DNA of 63,646 nt, counting the filler, from Reclinomonas americana ATCC 50394 (taxonomy: Eukaryota): the NCBI GenBank assembly GCA_048213135.1. It is 9 parts of 6 records of this genome, joined end to end, with 100 filler letters (N's around TTAATTAATTAA, not from the genome) between each part and the next. Parts side by side here need not be neighbours in the genome. Positions count along the whole stretch, not along the records: positions 1 to 29,355 come from PS015077.1; 8 more parts are not named here. One strand, written 5' to 3'. A program made the position numbers and the translations under genes. Below, in pieces: positions 13,638 to 26,810 of this stretch (the first letter of the stretch is position 1; each line of letters opens with the position of its first letter). The notes under the pieces were generated by a model that worked only from the letters and a program-made list of their open reading frames with translations, made no database searches and was not told where the DNA came from.

Positions 13638-14131
13638 TCGAACAACTCCCCTTTTATTTGACTAAAACGCACCTTCTTTACACGTGTGTGATGAGCTGTG
13701 TGCGTGCGCGGGGGTGTGATCTGCCCATGGGGTGTGCTTGCGGCGCGAGCCAGGTTGCGATGTGGAGCAAAGATGCGCAACGAGTCGATATCGAGATTTT
13801 TCCGATCGTGATGCTGCTCGTGTAGTGTGTCATGGCACTCGGCGATGGCATAGGCGCATTGTAGATTGGGGTCACACCCGCTTGCACTGATGGAATGATG
13901 GCATGGCGGCCTTTGCAACTCACCATATTCGGAAATATTTACGCCATCTCGAACATTGCGGTCGCTAGGAGCCATAGCGCACTTCTCCTCCTCCTCCGCC
14001 GCCGCCGCCTCTCCTTTCCTACACACCAATCTGGCGCGCGGGAGGGAGCGGGTGATGTGCGCACCATTTCCGCCACGCATTGGTACTTCTCGCGCTCAGT
14101 CACGCACATTTTCTTCTCTCAGTGAGCACAC

Positions 14132-14864
14132 ATGACGCGCTCGTTGTTGATTGTCACCCTCGCGCTGCTTCTCGCGGCCGTGTTCGCGCACGCTGTTGTC
14201 GTGGACGAGGAGAATGGTGCCTTCTACACACACAAGAGCACTCTTTGCACGCTGTCACTCACTCGCGCACAAATTCAGTGCTCTCGCTGTCACTGCAGGC
14301 GCCCGAGGAACTGGAGGCGCAGCCGGTGGGCGACGCCATCCAGCAAGCCATTGAGTTTGAGCGTGAGGCGTTCCAGAAGTCAGCCGCTCCCTACGCGTTT
14401 CGTCTAACTCTTCCTCTCTCACACACTCTTCTCTCTCTATTGTGCGCGCTCACACTCTCTGACAGCGGCCGCTGCCTCGGCTTTGTGAAGGACGCCTACG
14501 CATCGGCTGGTGTCCACCGCGACTACCTCGACCAGGGCAGCGCCAAGGAAGGCGCGGCCGTGGCCAAGCAAAAGGCCGGCTGGACGCACTACAGTGGCAC
14601 TGATGTGCCCGCCGGAGCCGTGCTCTTCTGGAGCGGATGCAGCTCCAATGGTCACGCCGCGCTCTCTATCGGAGGTGAGCGAGACAGAATCATGAAGAAC
14701 GTCGCAAACAGAAACGCTGACTGATGGGGTGGTGTGCTTGTGAAGGTTCGAACGCGTCGAGCAATGGCGACGGTGTGCACTGGAATGGCAAGTTTGGCAT
14801 TGCAGTGGAGTGGCTCAATGAGCACTGGTGCGGCAGCGCCCCCGATGGATACATCATCCCGTAA
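14132..14864 (+). CDS. Secreted NlpC/P60 (CHAP-like) cysteine peptidase, putative peptidoglycan hydrolase
   Basis: Signal peptide; spliced motifs NGRCLGFVKDAY (putative catalytic Cys) and VPAGAVLFW...GHAALSIG (His); three GT-AG introns; stop TAA at 14862-14864. Confidence 0.65.
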
Positions 14865-14981
14865 AGCAGCGGCAACACGCCTTCCGACAATGAACTAAAC
14901 CGATGTTCCCACACGTCCCGCAGTCCTCAATCCTTGACTACATTCATTCACATTCACAAGAACGCACTCGGCGCTCGGTTG

Positions 14982-16069
14982 ATGTTTCAGCGCCGTGCTG
15001 ATGGCGCGCTTGCGCGTCTCTTGACGTTTACAGTCGTGGCGCTTCTCATTCCAGTGTACCTGGCCGCGGCGATGCAAATGGCCTCGAGTTTCGTGACTGC
15101 ACTCTCGCGCGCGCGCACGCAACTCACCTTCTGACTCGTTTGCAATAGTGGCTGCCACCAGCACGACTGTGGTTCCGCGTGCGTCTGCCTGCCCGTTCAT
15201 GTCGCTGGCGATCGTCAATGGACTGCAGGGTTACACCACGACCAATCCCATGCGCATGGGCCAGTACAATGCGCTCAGCTTCACCAGCACCCCGGCCATC
15301 TCCTTCAACTTGCAGGTGGTGCTCAACATCACGCGGATAGGTGTGGCGCCTGGCCAAGGGTGCGCGCAGGTGTGCACGCAGGGGTACACGGCGGCCTCCA
15401 CTTTCACCTCCGACCCAGTCTCGCAAGCAGTTGCGTTCTTCTTTGGTCTTCGCGCTCTTGCGGGGACCTCTGGCTCACCGCACCCGCTGTGGCAATCAGG
15501 TCTACTGGACGCTTTGCGGTCAGTTGAACACTGCTTGCGGCGCGGTGTTGAACGGCAACGTCATACAGGAGACGCTACAAGTTCGCGTCCAATATCCCTC
15601 GTGTGCTCTCGACGCCACCGTTAACGTGGTCGTGCAGTACGGATGTTGTGTCTCGCACCTCGCACGAGCTGTACTGTGTCATCCCTCTCTTACACACGCT
15701 GTGTTTCAGACTCGACTCGCTTGCGTGCCTCTGCCAATTCCGTGCAGGCGCTGTTTCATGCTGTTGTGGGCATGCCGTTCCGCACCATGACGATTGAGGT
15801 GACGGACGGCTGGGGCAATCTAGTGCTGAGCGACAATGGGCGCGCCGTCACCATTGCACCCAGCAACCCCAGCTTCGCGTTCATCGGTCAGAGCACGGTC
15901 AACACCGTGAACGGGCAGGCCGTGTTGTCGCAACTCATCTTCGTCGGCTACATTGGTCAGCAATCGTCGTCGCAGCCGCTGCAGGCCAGTTTGCTGGTCT
16001 CCTCGAATCCCGTTCTCGTCCCGATCACGCTGGTGGCCACCGTGGCGCCCTCCATTGGCAGTGCGTGAG

Positions 16070-16110
<41 letters not shown>

Positions 16111-19100
16111 NNNNNNNNNNNNNNNNNNNNTCTCTCTCTCGTCATCTCCCATTTTTGACTCGCGCCCCGCAGTCGCCTACTCGGTGGTCCTTTCCGGCTG
16201 GAGCTACGCAGCACAGCTGAACTGTCCGCAGTTGGTGCCGCCGCAAAGCTTCTATTACGTGCCGTGCTCCTCCCTCAATTATCTCGAGTCGGCACAGACG
16301 CTGGTGCGTGCTTCTCGTTGCTTGATTGCTGCTGTTCTGTGTGTCGGTATCAAGGGACCTGAACACTGGCGGCGCGCAGAATGTGACGGTCATTGACGCT
16401 TCGAGCAATCCAGTCAACTTGCCGTGGTGCTCCAACGACATTCAGCAGCAGTCGCAGAGCAACAACGTCCGCGTCACATGCATGTGTGCGTTGCAGCTCC
16501 TGACCCCTCAACTCCCCACACATTCCTTCGTCGCTCACGACACACGCTCTCTCTCTCTCTCTCTCTCTCTCTACCATGCACGTACAGGGCCCATTACGAC
16601 ACTTGTGTTCATCCAGCCGGATGGCACGTGGAATCTGCTCGAAGACGACACCGTGTCGTGGCTCATCACCAACCCCGCCGGTCAAGTGAACCCTGGGAAT
16701 GGTCAACCATTACAACTACGCTTCAACTACGACATTCTCACGCCACTTGTGAGCGATAGACCGCTCTTACTCACCTGGGTGAGTGCGGCGAGAACAGCGT
16801 GCGTGCATGCGTACAGAACACACGATGGCATTGCTCACTGGCATGTGTTTTTTTGCCGCTCGCAGACCACGCTGGTTGCCATGTGTGCCACCGGCAGCGT
16901 CAACTGCCCATCGTTTGGCTACACGTTTGTAACCAAGCCACTCAACATCGGCAGTCTGCAGTGCTACGGCAATGCCATCAACGTTGCCGGTTACTGCCCG
17001 ACCGCCGATCAGTATTTTAGCGTGTTTGCGAATCGTGCGTCGTCTGCCAAATTCGTGTCATTTGCAGACGCTCACCTTTCCATTTGTGCAGATAATGCTT
17101 GTACCACCTACCCGCTGCCCAACCCGCCAGTCAACACCACATCCTACCTCACGCAAGCTGTGGCCCCTGTGTCGTCCACGAATTTCTCGGCGGCGTTGCG
17201 CAGCATTTCGCCTCTGCGGCCAGTGACGCTCATTAACATTTCTGTTGCGCGGTGCTGCAGTGCACGCTCCGCTTTTCCCTCTCCACCACTGATGTATGCG
17301 TCTCCGATTCGCAGGTGAATGGCGACTTGAGCTCGGTTCTCCTTGATCCAGGGCTGAAGACCCAATACAGTGGCGTTTATCCGCAGCATTGGGTGACGTC
17401 GTTCTTTCGTGCTCCTGTGCTCTCACACATACGTACGCACTCACTCGTCACTCGCCTCTTTTGCGCCGTCGTGTTGCAGGCGATTGCAGACAATGCATTT
17501 TACTACCAGTTCAACTTTAAGCTCATCCAAGTTTGGTGTTGTTCCATCGCGGTACCCACACGTATCACTTGTGTGCTTACTTGGTGTTGCAGTTCTTCAC
17601 CTTGTTCCTGGTGCCGTTCGACTACAATGTGGCTCAGATTCAGCTGTCGTTGCCGTTCTGCATCGATACGACGCCAGATTACCGCATCACCAGCATTGCG
17701 TTGGCGCTGTACACGGTGCGTCTTCCTTGCCTTGCTCTCCTATCTCTCTCTCCTGTCTCCTCTCTTTCTGACAAGCGCTGCTCCTCTGCAGGCGTACAAC
17801 ACCACCAAGTTGGCGGCGCCACCGACACTGTGCTTTGGCGACCCCGTCGTACCAAAGGTTATTGGTTCCAACCCCAATCTGCAGTGCTGCGACAATCAGG
17901 GCATCTGCACTCCCAACAAATCCGCAGTTCTGTTTTATATTTCTGTATGTGCCACTCACTCGTATTCACAATGTGTGCTGGCGCCGCAGCAATCGGAGTG
18001 GATCGTGTTGTTGTCACTGATGTTGGTCAGTGCCATTGGCGGTGGTATTTATGTGGCCACGGTGATTTTCCGCGCACTCGGTATCTCGGGATCGTCGTTC
18101 CTAGAGGCAGCGCACCTGAAGGACATGTCGGAAGAGTTGCGTGCCTGCTTCGCCACCGCCGCCGCGCCTCTCGCCGATTGCTGAACTCACTTGGTGGTGC
18201 TCGACAGAGATCTGAAGACACGAAAACGCTGGCTGCTGATCGTCAGCTTGTGCGCACCGAGCATTCTTTACACGTGGGTTTTCATGGCGCCGATTGTGTT
18301 CCAAGAAGATATCACCGCCATGCTGGTGGTGCGTTGTGAGGTTGTGCGATCATGTGCTGCTGTTAGTGGCGCTCACTGCGAGTCACCAGCTATTACTGTG
18401 GCCACTGTCGGTGACACTGTTTTGGCTGGTGGTGGCGTCGTGTCGCTGGCACCGCATCTTCAAGCACGGACAAGTACCGTCGCGGACCCTGGAAGTCTTC
18501 TACCAGATTAGTGCCTTTGTGCTGATTGTCACTGTGATCGCGGCGATCATCTTGTTTTGTCTCTGGTTCATCGTCGGCCTGCTGGTGGCCACCCAGACCG
18601 TGCTGCTGCCGGCGGCGGCGGTGGGCGCGATGGTGAGTGTGACTGACGCAATTGCATGCAATTGAGTGGTGCGATGTCGTGTGCCCACTTGCACCGACCT
18701 CGATCAGGTGTTTGCCATTTACTTTTCGGCCAACAATGCCGGTGTCGCTCTCGATGTGGTTGAAATCAGCCTGCGCCGGGCGACATTTGTCGTGCGCCGC
18801 GGGTACGAGCTCAGCGACGAGGAGGCTGTGGTGCGTGAATGCACTCTTGTGTGCACCAGCCACGTCACCTTCTCCCCATTGTTGATCTCCGTCAACACAG
18901 CGCCTGTACGCCCCGGGAGCACCGATGGATCAGGAGGCTGCAGAAGTCGCCGAACGAGCGTGTGGTCTCACGGGCCAGCGCCTGGAGCGTGCGCTCAGAA
19001 CCATCACCAAGTTCCGATCAGATTACGCACACACACGTCACGTTACGATACTCACTCGCCCTCCCCCTCCCGTTCGTAGATTCGTGCGACATCGCACCCG

Positions 19101-20106
19101 AACCATCCTCGTCTCCGTGCTGTCGACAGCCTTGCTACTCGGCAGCATTCTCGCCTTTGTAGTCGTGGCATTCCTGTATCTCAGCGCCGGCACCAACGCG
19201 TTCTCCACTGTGATCACCACTGGTGCGTGAGAGACAGTTTGGCGAAAGTACGTACTTGCTTCTCGTCACTTATACGTACACGCGGCGTTCTCTTCTAAAT
19301 GCAGGTCTGGTGTTGTTGTCATCTCGCTTATTCGGTGTTGGTGGCGGTGGTGGAGGCGGAGGCATCAGTCTGCCTTCGGGTGGCGGCGGTGGCGGAGGCG
19401 GGGGTAGTAGTGGTAGCGGCGGCGGCGGCGGCGGTGGCGGTGGCACGCTTTCCACTCTTGGTAGTGTACTCGGTCGTGGTAACGGCAGCGGAGGTGGCGG
19501 CGGCGGTGGTGGTGGTGGCGACGACAAGTCGTCCTCCGATCCGCCCGCCAGCTCGCTGGCTGCGCAGTGGCAAAAAATGCGACAGTTGCGTCGACTCTTG
19601 TGCGCATGCAACCTGGCAGTCCTTGCAACTGACGTGCGCGCGCGTACGTGTACAGACTTCGCGAATCCAGGGGAGGCGTTTCTGCACCTCTGCCATCGGC
19701 GGGTCCGGGCGCACAGCAGTCACCCCCGTCGTCACCGTCGAATGGCACGCCGCCGGCCACGCCCCCCGACACCATGTCACTGTTGCGCGGTCAGTCGGTG
19801 CGATCGGCCGCTGGCCTGCCGCAGCCACCGGCGCAACCGGTGCCGCCCACCCCCGCCACATCGCCACTGGGCAGCAATGCGTCGGCAACTGGACAGAACG
19901 TCAGCAACCCACTGTTTGGCCGGCCAGCGTCCAACTCGACGGCCTCGCTGGACGCACGCAGTGACGCCCCGCGGTCGTACCTGTCGGCGGCGCCACCACC
20001 ACCGCAGCCACCACGGTTACCAGCACCGTCGGACCTGGCAAGCGCTGCGTCGGCCGCCAGTGCTGCAGGGCGACAACCGCACGCTTTTGCGCCCAGTCGA
20101 GTGTGA
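14982..20106 (+). CDS. Large multi-exon membrane protein of unknown family: beta-rich ectodomain, several TM helices, Gly-rich and Pro-rich tail
   Basis: Succession of + strand exons separated by GT-AG introns; N-terminal hydrophobic segment; Ig-like-looking segment (IEVTDGWGN...TVNGQAVLSQL); hydrophobic helices at 17990-19330. The exon chain was not fully frame-checked. Confidence 0.55.
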
Positions 20107-20342
20107 CATTGTTAATCATGAGAGAGCAGTCAAAGCAATCAATTAAATAAGTTGTGTTTTGTGTACTTATGGAAGCCGTCACCGCCTTTGTCATGTGTCT
20201 TCACTTGACCGTACGTTGATCGGGGAAAGATTCACACACACGAACACGCGAAGGTAATATATATAACACAAACAGCGACTGTGCACACACTTACTCTTGG
20301 GAGGAGAAAACAAAAAACAATAACAATCCTTCGCCAGTTCCA

Positions 20343-21980
20343 TTACGCCGCCTTGATGGTGCTCTTCTTGCCGGCACCTGTGGAGACCGAGCCGGAGCGC
20401 TTGCCCCACTTCTTCTCCTCCTCGGCATCCTTGGCCGCCTGCACCGCCGGGTCGAGGAACGTGCCGCAGACCTTGTCCCAGAAGGTCAAGTACTGAGCGA
20501 GTGTGTGAATGTGAGATGAGAGGCTGGGGAGTGAGAGAAGAGAGGGAGGGCGACAGCACCTGGCCATACTGCGTAGGGGGAGAGGGAAGGGAAAGGTCAG
20601 TGGCGCGACGCTCGACAAACAAACCAATGTGAGTGAGACGCAACGTTGTACTGGTGCGTGTGGCGATGAGATGACACGAGCAGAGAGAGGTGAGCAATGA
20701 GGAGAAGTTCGGATGAGAGCAGCAACTTGACGCATTGTACGCAACGACATACTGCGAGGGGGGAGAGACAAGAGAGTGACCAACTGGAACAGGAGATCAG
20801 CACACTATTGAGCGCGCGCGTACCTTGCGGTGGTGAATGTCGTGATGCGAAGCACCGTTGACGGCGGGGATGTCGAGTGACCAGCGATCGTGGATGTTGA
20901 TGGTCCACATGTTGACGACGAGGAGGGCGCCAAAGTACATGTACGAGTGGAACGGGAACACCATCACGAAGAGGTGGTAGGGGAGACCCTGCGCCCAGCC
21001 GTCGACCGGGTGGAACGACAAGGCCGAGAACGGCGTCACCTCCTTGAAGGTGTGGTGCGGCTTGTGGATGTTGTTGTAGAGCCACGGGATGTCGTGCAGG
21101 CCGCGGTGGATCCAGTAGATCAGCGAGTCGGTAAAGATGAGGAACAGCACCGGCGACACAAACATGTACGCCATGCCGTAGTCCGACACATTAAAGTAAA
21201 CATTGGTGTAGCCGTACAGCACCAGCAGCTGCCGATGCAGATGAGCTGGCAGTCGTCACACAACGACAACGACAAAGAGAGACGCGTACCTCCAGCGGCA
21301 CCGTCAGCAAGCCCATGATGGGAATCGACCAGCAGGAGAGGAAGATCTCGCTGCCGAGCTGGCTCCACGGCACCACCAGACCCTGCGGGAAGTAGTAGTT
21401 CTTGTACAGCTTGAACGTCCACAGGTACGACAGGGTGCAGAAAATGAAATCTAACGCACATGGGGTGCGTGAGTGACAAGAGGCAGATGAGAGGAGGCAC
21501 GGCCAGGCAATGACGCAACAAACAATGTAGCCGCCGAAGGTGATCAGCGACCAAATGAGCGCCGCCTGGCGCCACACCGAGTAGTCGAACGAGAGCGGAG
21601 TGTTGGCCGGGTTCGGCTCGACACCCAGAATCAGGCGATCCACCACTTCCGTGTTCAGCAAGTGCACAATCTGCGCAGAAAAAATGCGAAGAGAGTGAGA
21701 ACTTTTCGATGCGATGCGCGACGAATCCAGCGAAAAAAAGCACAACTGATGCGAAGAAGAGGGAAAGAGAGACGTGTGTGGTATGATCGCTGACAGAGGC
21801 GAGCGGAAGACTGGAAGAGATCGAGGGAGAGAGAGAGAGAGAGAGGAAGAAGCAGTTTGTGTGCCATGTCGATCGTCATGCCAAACACACAGGCGCACGC
21901 ACGCGGAAGAACATGCGCAGTGATGCGTGCGAGTCATGACACTGTTGTGCATGTGCGTGTGTCGCACGCACCTCCTCCAT
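20343..21980 (-). CDS. ERG3: Sterol C5-desaturase (lathosterol oxidase; fatty-acid hydroxylase superfamily)
   Basis: His boxes YWIHRGLH, HKPHH, HHDIHH; TPFSALSFHPVDGWAQ; YNYGQYLTFWDK restored via micro-exons; first coding exon ATGGAGGAG inferred. Confidence 0.9.
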
Positions 21981-22065
21981 AGTTTGGCTGCAACTCCGCG
22001 CACCGGCGATAGATGAGGGTAACTGGGGTTACCACAGAATTCCGATCTGTAACCCGTGACCAAAC

Positions 22066-22471
22066 ATGATTCTCGGTGTGCCCGAGGGCTTGGTTGTGCT
22101 GGCCGTGCTCGCTGCGGTGGTGTACGTGCTGATCGAGAAGCGCAGCACGTTCACATTCGCACTGGAGCAAGACATTGGTAAGAGATCCTGAGAGAAGACT
22201 CTTGATCAATCAAGCTCATCACTCTCTCCACACACACACACAGACGCGCCACCAAAAGACGTCTTGCGGTTCTGGTTCCACGAGCCGGAAAACGCGCTCA
22301 AATGCCACCCGTTCGCCGACGGCATTGTGGTGCACTCGCGGCGACAGGAGCAAGTCGACTTCACCGTGACCGACCGCATTCCGATCCTGTGCGGCCTCCT
22401 GCGCATGCGTGTCGAGGTCAAGGCCGAGACGAGGCTGCGCGAGGGCCCGCCCGCCGGCCCATTCATCATTG
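22066..22471 (+). CDS. TM-anchored SRPBCC/START-like protein, 5' part
   Basis: MILGVPEGLVVLAVLAAVVYVLI TM; I|DAPPKDVLRFW...PENALKCHP resembles the SRPBCC N-terminal IdAppe.Vw pattern. Confidence 0.55.
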
Positions 22472-22689
22472 GTGAGTGAGCGAGCTCGAGCGTGATCGAG
22501 TTGTCAGCACACGTGTCAACTTGTCTCTGTTTTGCGTGAAGACATTANNNNNNNNNNNNNNNNNNNNNNNNNNNNNNNNNNNNNNNNNNNNNNNNNNNNN
22601 NNNNNNNNNNNNNNNNNNNNNNNNNNNNGGAGTCAGTGAATCACACGCACTCGGCAACAACAGCAACGCGCGTGCACAGTGGAGGGAGG

Positions 22690-22867
22690 TAGTACCTTGG
22701 CGTAGCCGAGTGCAAACAGACCAGCTGAGCGAGCACAAGAAGAGAGTGAGTGCAATGCGCGTGTGTGGGAGAATGAGAGCGAGCAAGTGCAGCAGTGCAC
22801 CATAAATCAAATACGTGAGCAGCATCACAAACAGCGATGGGCGTTCACGCGGAGCATGGCCAGTCAT
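22690..22867 (-). CDS. N-terminal exon(s) of serine palmitoyltransferase LCB2 (mis-oriented contig)
   Basis: MTGHAPRERPSLFVMLLTYLIYG resembles the LCB2 N-terminal P...L.TY..Y segment. Confidence 0.5.
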
Positions 22868-23027
22868 TTGTGCTGCTTGCTACACAACAAAAAGAGGGGA
22901 AAAAGAGAGGAACGAAGCGAAGGGAGAAGGAAGAAAACGCGTGGTGGTGTCGCGTCGCGGAGTGACAAAAAGTGAAGGGATTCCGTCCATCGATGTTCGC
23001 AAATGAGGATTCCGTCTCCAGCGTTTT

Positions 23028-23371
23028 TTACTCTCTCTTGTTCTGTGCAGAGCCCAGCAGCTTGCTCATTGTCTTGAGCGCCTGGCGTAGCAGTTGCAAG
23101 TGAGCGACCACACACACCGCAGCTTCGATATCTGCGCAATATATATGAATTACGAACCTGGCGATGCGAGGAGACGGCCGAGCGCTTGGAAAAGTAGGCA
23201 AACAGCATCGGCACCGTGTTGGTGTACTCCTCCGAGAACTGCGCACAGCAGCAGCGTGAGGCGATCGGACACACACCATCGAATTCCGGGACAGTGTAAC
23301 TCGGCAGCCGCCAGAGGGTGTCGCCGTTAGCCGCACCACGCCACGCACATCGACACTCGGCGCCGACGCAA
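23028..23371 (-). CDS. Probable 3' part of the SRPBCC/START-like gene on a mis-oriented contig
   Basis: RLTATPSGGCRVT...EEYTNTVPMLFAYFSKRSAVSSHRQ...L fits the C-terminal strands and helix of the fold; flipping contig 22629-23371 makes it collinear. Confidence 0.45.
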
Positions 23372-23506
23372 NNNNNNNNNNNNNNNNNNNNNNNNNNNNN
23401 NNNNNNNNNNNNNNNNNNNNNNNNNNNNTCCCAACTTTTTTGAGTGCGACAAACAAAAAGTCAGCAAAGAGGCAAAAGACTGTGCATGACAACAAGCAAG
23501 CGCAAC

Positions 23507-25530
23507 TCCACGCTTCAGGCACTCGCGAGAGACGGCCGGCATGAGGGTGGGAATGTAGGTCAGCACCGGGATAATGGGCGAATCGCGGTCACCAATGACC
23601 ATGAAGCCCATCTCGATCAGGCGATCGCGGAAGTAGTTGGAGTTCTCCTTCAGCGCATGAATGCGCTTCACACCGTCATCCGTGCCGTCCTCGCCGATAA
23701 TGACCTCCAGAGCCGACAGCGCCATGCGCGCGCAGCCCGGCGCCATCTGGCACGAGTACACCGAACCAAAAGTGGTGCGGCGGAGGTAGTCAATCAGCTC
23801 GTGAGATCCCGCAATGTAGCCGCCCACCGAGCCGAAAGACTTGGTGAAGGTGCCCATGAGAATGTCCACGTCCTTCGGCTCCACACCGTGGTACTCGCAC
23901 ACTCCGCGGCCGCTGTGACCAATGGCACCAATGCTGTGCGCCTCGTCCACGTACAGGTAGCACTGCGGATGCGAGTCAGCAGGAGAACGGGGGAGAAGAG
24001 TGTGTACAGGTGGGTGGGTGAGCACACCTTGTACTTCTTCTTGATGGCAACCACTGCAGGCAGGTCCACAATGTGGCCCTCCATCGAGTAAATGCCCTCC
24101 ACCAGAATCCAAATGCGCTCCCACGGGCGGTGCGTGCGCGGCTGTCCCTCGACAATGCTCTCGCGAATGACGCGCTCCAAATCCTTCACATCTGTGTTGC
24201 ATGAAGAAGAAGAAGAAAAGAAAACACCGCATATAGAAAATTGGTCCACGCGTCACATGTGTGTCGCGATGCGTACAAACCTCCGTGCTTGAATACGCGA
24301 ATCTTGGCCGCACCTCCGCGGGCGCCGACCACCAACGAGGCGTGATTGAGGGAGTCGGAGATAATCAGAGTGCCCTTCGGTGCGAGCGCCGGAAGCACAG
24401 TCGAGTTGGTCGCAAAGCCCATGCCTGCACACCATCGAAAAGTTCGAACCCAGTCAGTCGTCCAATAACCGGAGCCACGTGTGTGTGGGTCCGTGATTGC
24501 AGCAGTCGACGACATGCAACGCACCGAAAATCATGGCTGCCTCCTTGCCCACAAACGACGCAATCTTGCGCTCCAGCTCGCGGTGCACATCCGTGTAGCC
24601 CAAATCGCAGCTGGCACCGCACGTCGACACGCCCAAGTCATAGATCGAGCGCTCCACGTCGTCAATGCACTTGCCACCGGTCTGTGCAAAGCCCAGGTAG
24701 TTGTACGAGCCGAGATTGATCACTCCGCGGTGCACCTGTCCCTCCACGACCCTGCAAAAAACAATCATGCATGCATGCATTGAGTCGCTTGCAGAAAACA
24801 GCAGAAAGCTGCGGCAAAGAGGCGAAACTTGAAGGTCTTGAAGTTGTCCTTGGACTCGCGCACCATCACATCGAAACGCGCACCAGGCACCGACTGGATG
24901 GGTCTGCGCAAACGCACGATCAGCACAAAACGCAAGACATGTCGCGCTGTGAAAGGACGGAGAGAAAAGACGCACCGGTTCCAGCAGTCCTGAATGCGGT
25001 GGTACCTGAGGGGTGTGAGGGACACAGAGGGAGACGGTGTCAGCGAAAGAGACAAGGAGAGGGTGAGCCGCTCAAAAGCAACGCAACAGGTTGCGGCAGT
25101 AAAAGTCCTGCACAACACGGAGAAGCAAGCATGCAGTTAGTGCAATGATGCAACGACACGCATGAGGCAACAGGCAGAGCAAGAAAGGGAGGGAGAGGGA
25201 GGGACGGGAAAACAAAACGACAGACATGTCCGCGTGTGTTTGGGAGCGTGATCAACGGCCGTCACATGCACTTGAGCGATACCACGCACGATCGCCGTCA
25301 CACACGCACGTGCTCACGCAACAAATGCAAACACGCGGAGCGAGAGAGCAAGACAAAGAGACAACGAGAGAACAAAGAGAGAGCAGGCAAGGATGCTCGT
25401 GGAAATGGCGGCTCGCAAGAACAGCGCGCGCGGAGAAGTACGCGGAGTACGGGCTCACCTCAAAGTCCGACACCAGTGGGCAGTAACCCGGCGGCGCCAC
25501 ATTGGTCCGACGACGCAGGACCTTGCGAGC
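23507..25530 (-). CDS. LCB2: Serine palmitoyltransferase subunit 2 (LCB2/SPTLC2), central exons
   Basis: [80 protein letters not shown] (PLP-binding Lys). Confidence 0.95.
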
Positions 25531-26509
25531 AAAATCCTGACACGCAAAAGTGTGTNNNNNNNNNNNNNNNNNNNNNNNNNNNNNNNNNNNNNNNNNNNNN
25601 NNNNNNNNNNNNNNNNNNNNNNNNNNNNNNNNNNNNNNNNNNNNNNNNNNNNNNNNNNNNNNNNNNNNNNNNNNNNNNNNNNNNNNNNNNNNNNNNNNNN
25701 NNNNNNNNNNNNNNNNNNNNNNNNNNNNNNNNNNNNNNNNNNNNNNNNNNNNNNNNNNNNNNNNNNNNNNNNNNNNNNNNNNNNNNNNNNNNNNNNNNNN
25801 NNNNNNNNNNNNNNNNNNNNNNNNNNNNNNNNNNNNNNNNNNNNNNNNNNNNNNNNNNNNNNNNNNNNNNNNNNNNNNNNNNNNNNNNNNNNNNNNNNNN
25901 NNNNNNNNNNNNNNNNNNNNNNNNNNNNNNNNNNNNNNNNNNNNNNNNNNNNNNNNNNNNNNNNNNNNNNNNNNNNNNNNNNNNNNNNNNNNNNNNNNNN
26001 NNNNNNNNNNNNNNNNNNNNNNNNNNNNNNNNNNNNNNNNNNNNNNNNNNNNNNNNNNNNNNNNNNNNNNNNNNNNNNNNNNNNNNNNNNNNNNNNNNNN
26101 NNNNNNNNNNNNNNNNNNNNNNNNNNNNNNNNNNNNNNNNNNNNNNNNNNNNNNNNNNNNNNNNNNNNNNNNNNNNNNNNNNNNNNNNNNNNNNNNNNNN
26201 NNNNNNNNNNNNNNNNNNNNNNNNNNNNNNNNNNNNNNNNNNNNNNNNNNNNNNNNNNNNNNNNNNNNNNNNNNNNNNNNNNNNNNNNNNNNNNNNNNNN
26301 NNNNNNNNNNNNNNNNNNNNNNNNNNNNNNNNNNNNNNNNNNNNNNNNNNNNNNNNNNNNNNNNNNNNNNNNNNNNNNNNNNNNNNNNNNNNNNNNNNNN
26401 NNNNNNNNNNNNNNNNNNNNNNNNNNNNNNNNNNNNNNNNNNNNNNNNNNNNNNNNNNNNNNNNNNNNNNNNNNNNNNNNNNNNNNNNNNNNNNNNNNNN
26501 NNNNNNNNN

Positions 26510-26540
<31 letters not shown>

Positions 26541-26810
26541 CGACACGCTCACACACAGGATTCGCGACTTAAAAAAGTTAAAGGAGAGCGAACAACACGA
26601 GCACGCACTGACGGGAGACACACAGACAGTGACAGCTGGCGACGCTGGAGAGGGGGAGGGGGTGGGGTGCGTGTGTGCAATGACAGTAGCAAACAAAATC
26701 ACGAATACACGCGAAAAATAAACAACGAGATTTTTGACAAGAGACACACACAAACGAGGGAAACTGGCGCACACACAAACAAAAGTGCGCGCGATTCTTT
26801 TTGGCCCTCT

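Noticed and set aside
13550-14080. 176-aa minus-strand ORF between the claudin-like and NlpC/P60 genes
   Set aside because: No motif, it overlaps the neighbouring gene end, and alternative splice readings are equally unconvincing.
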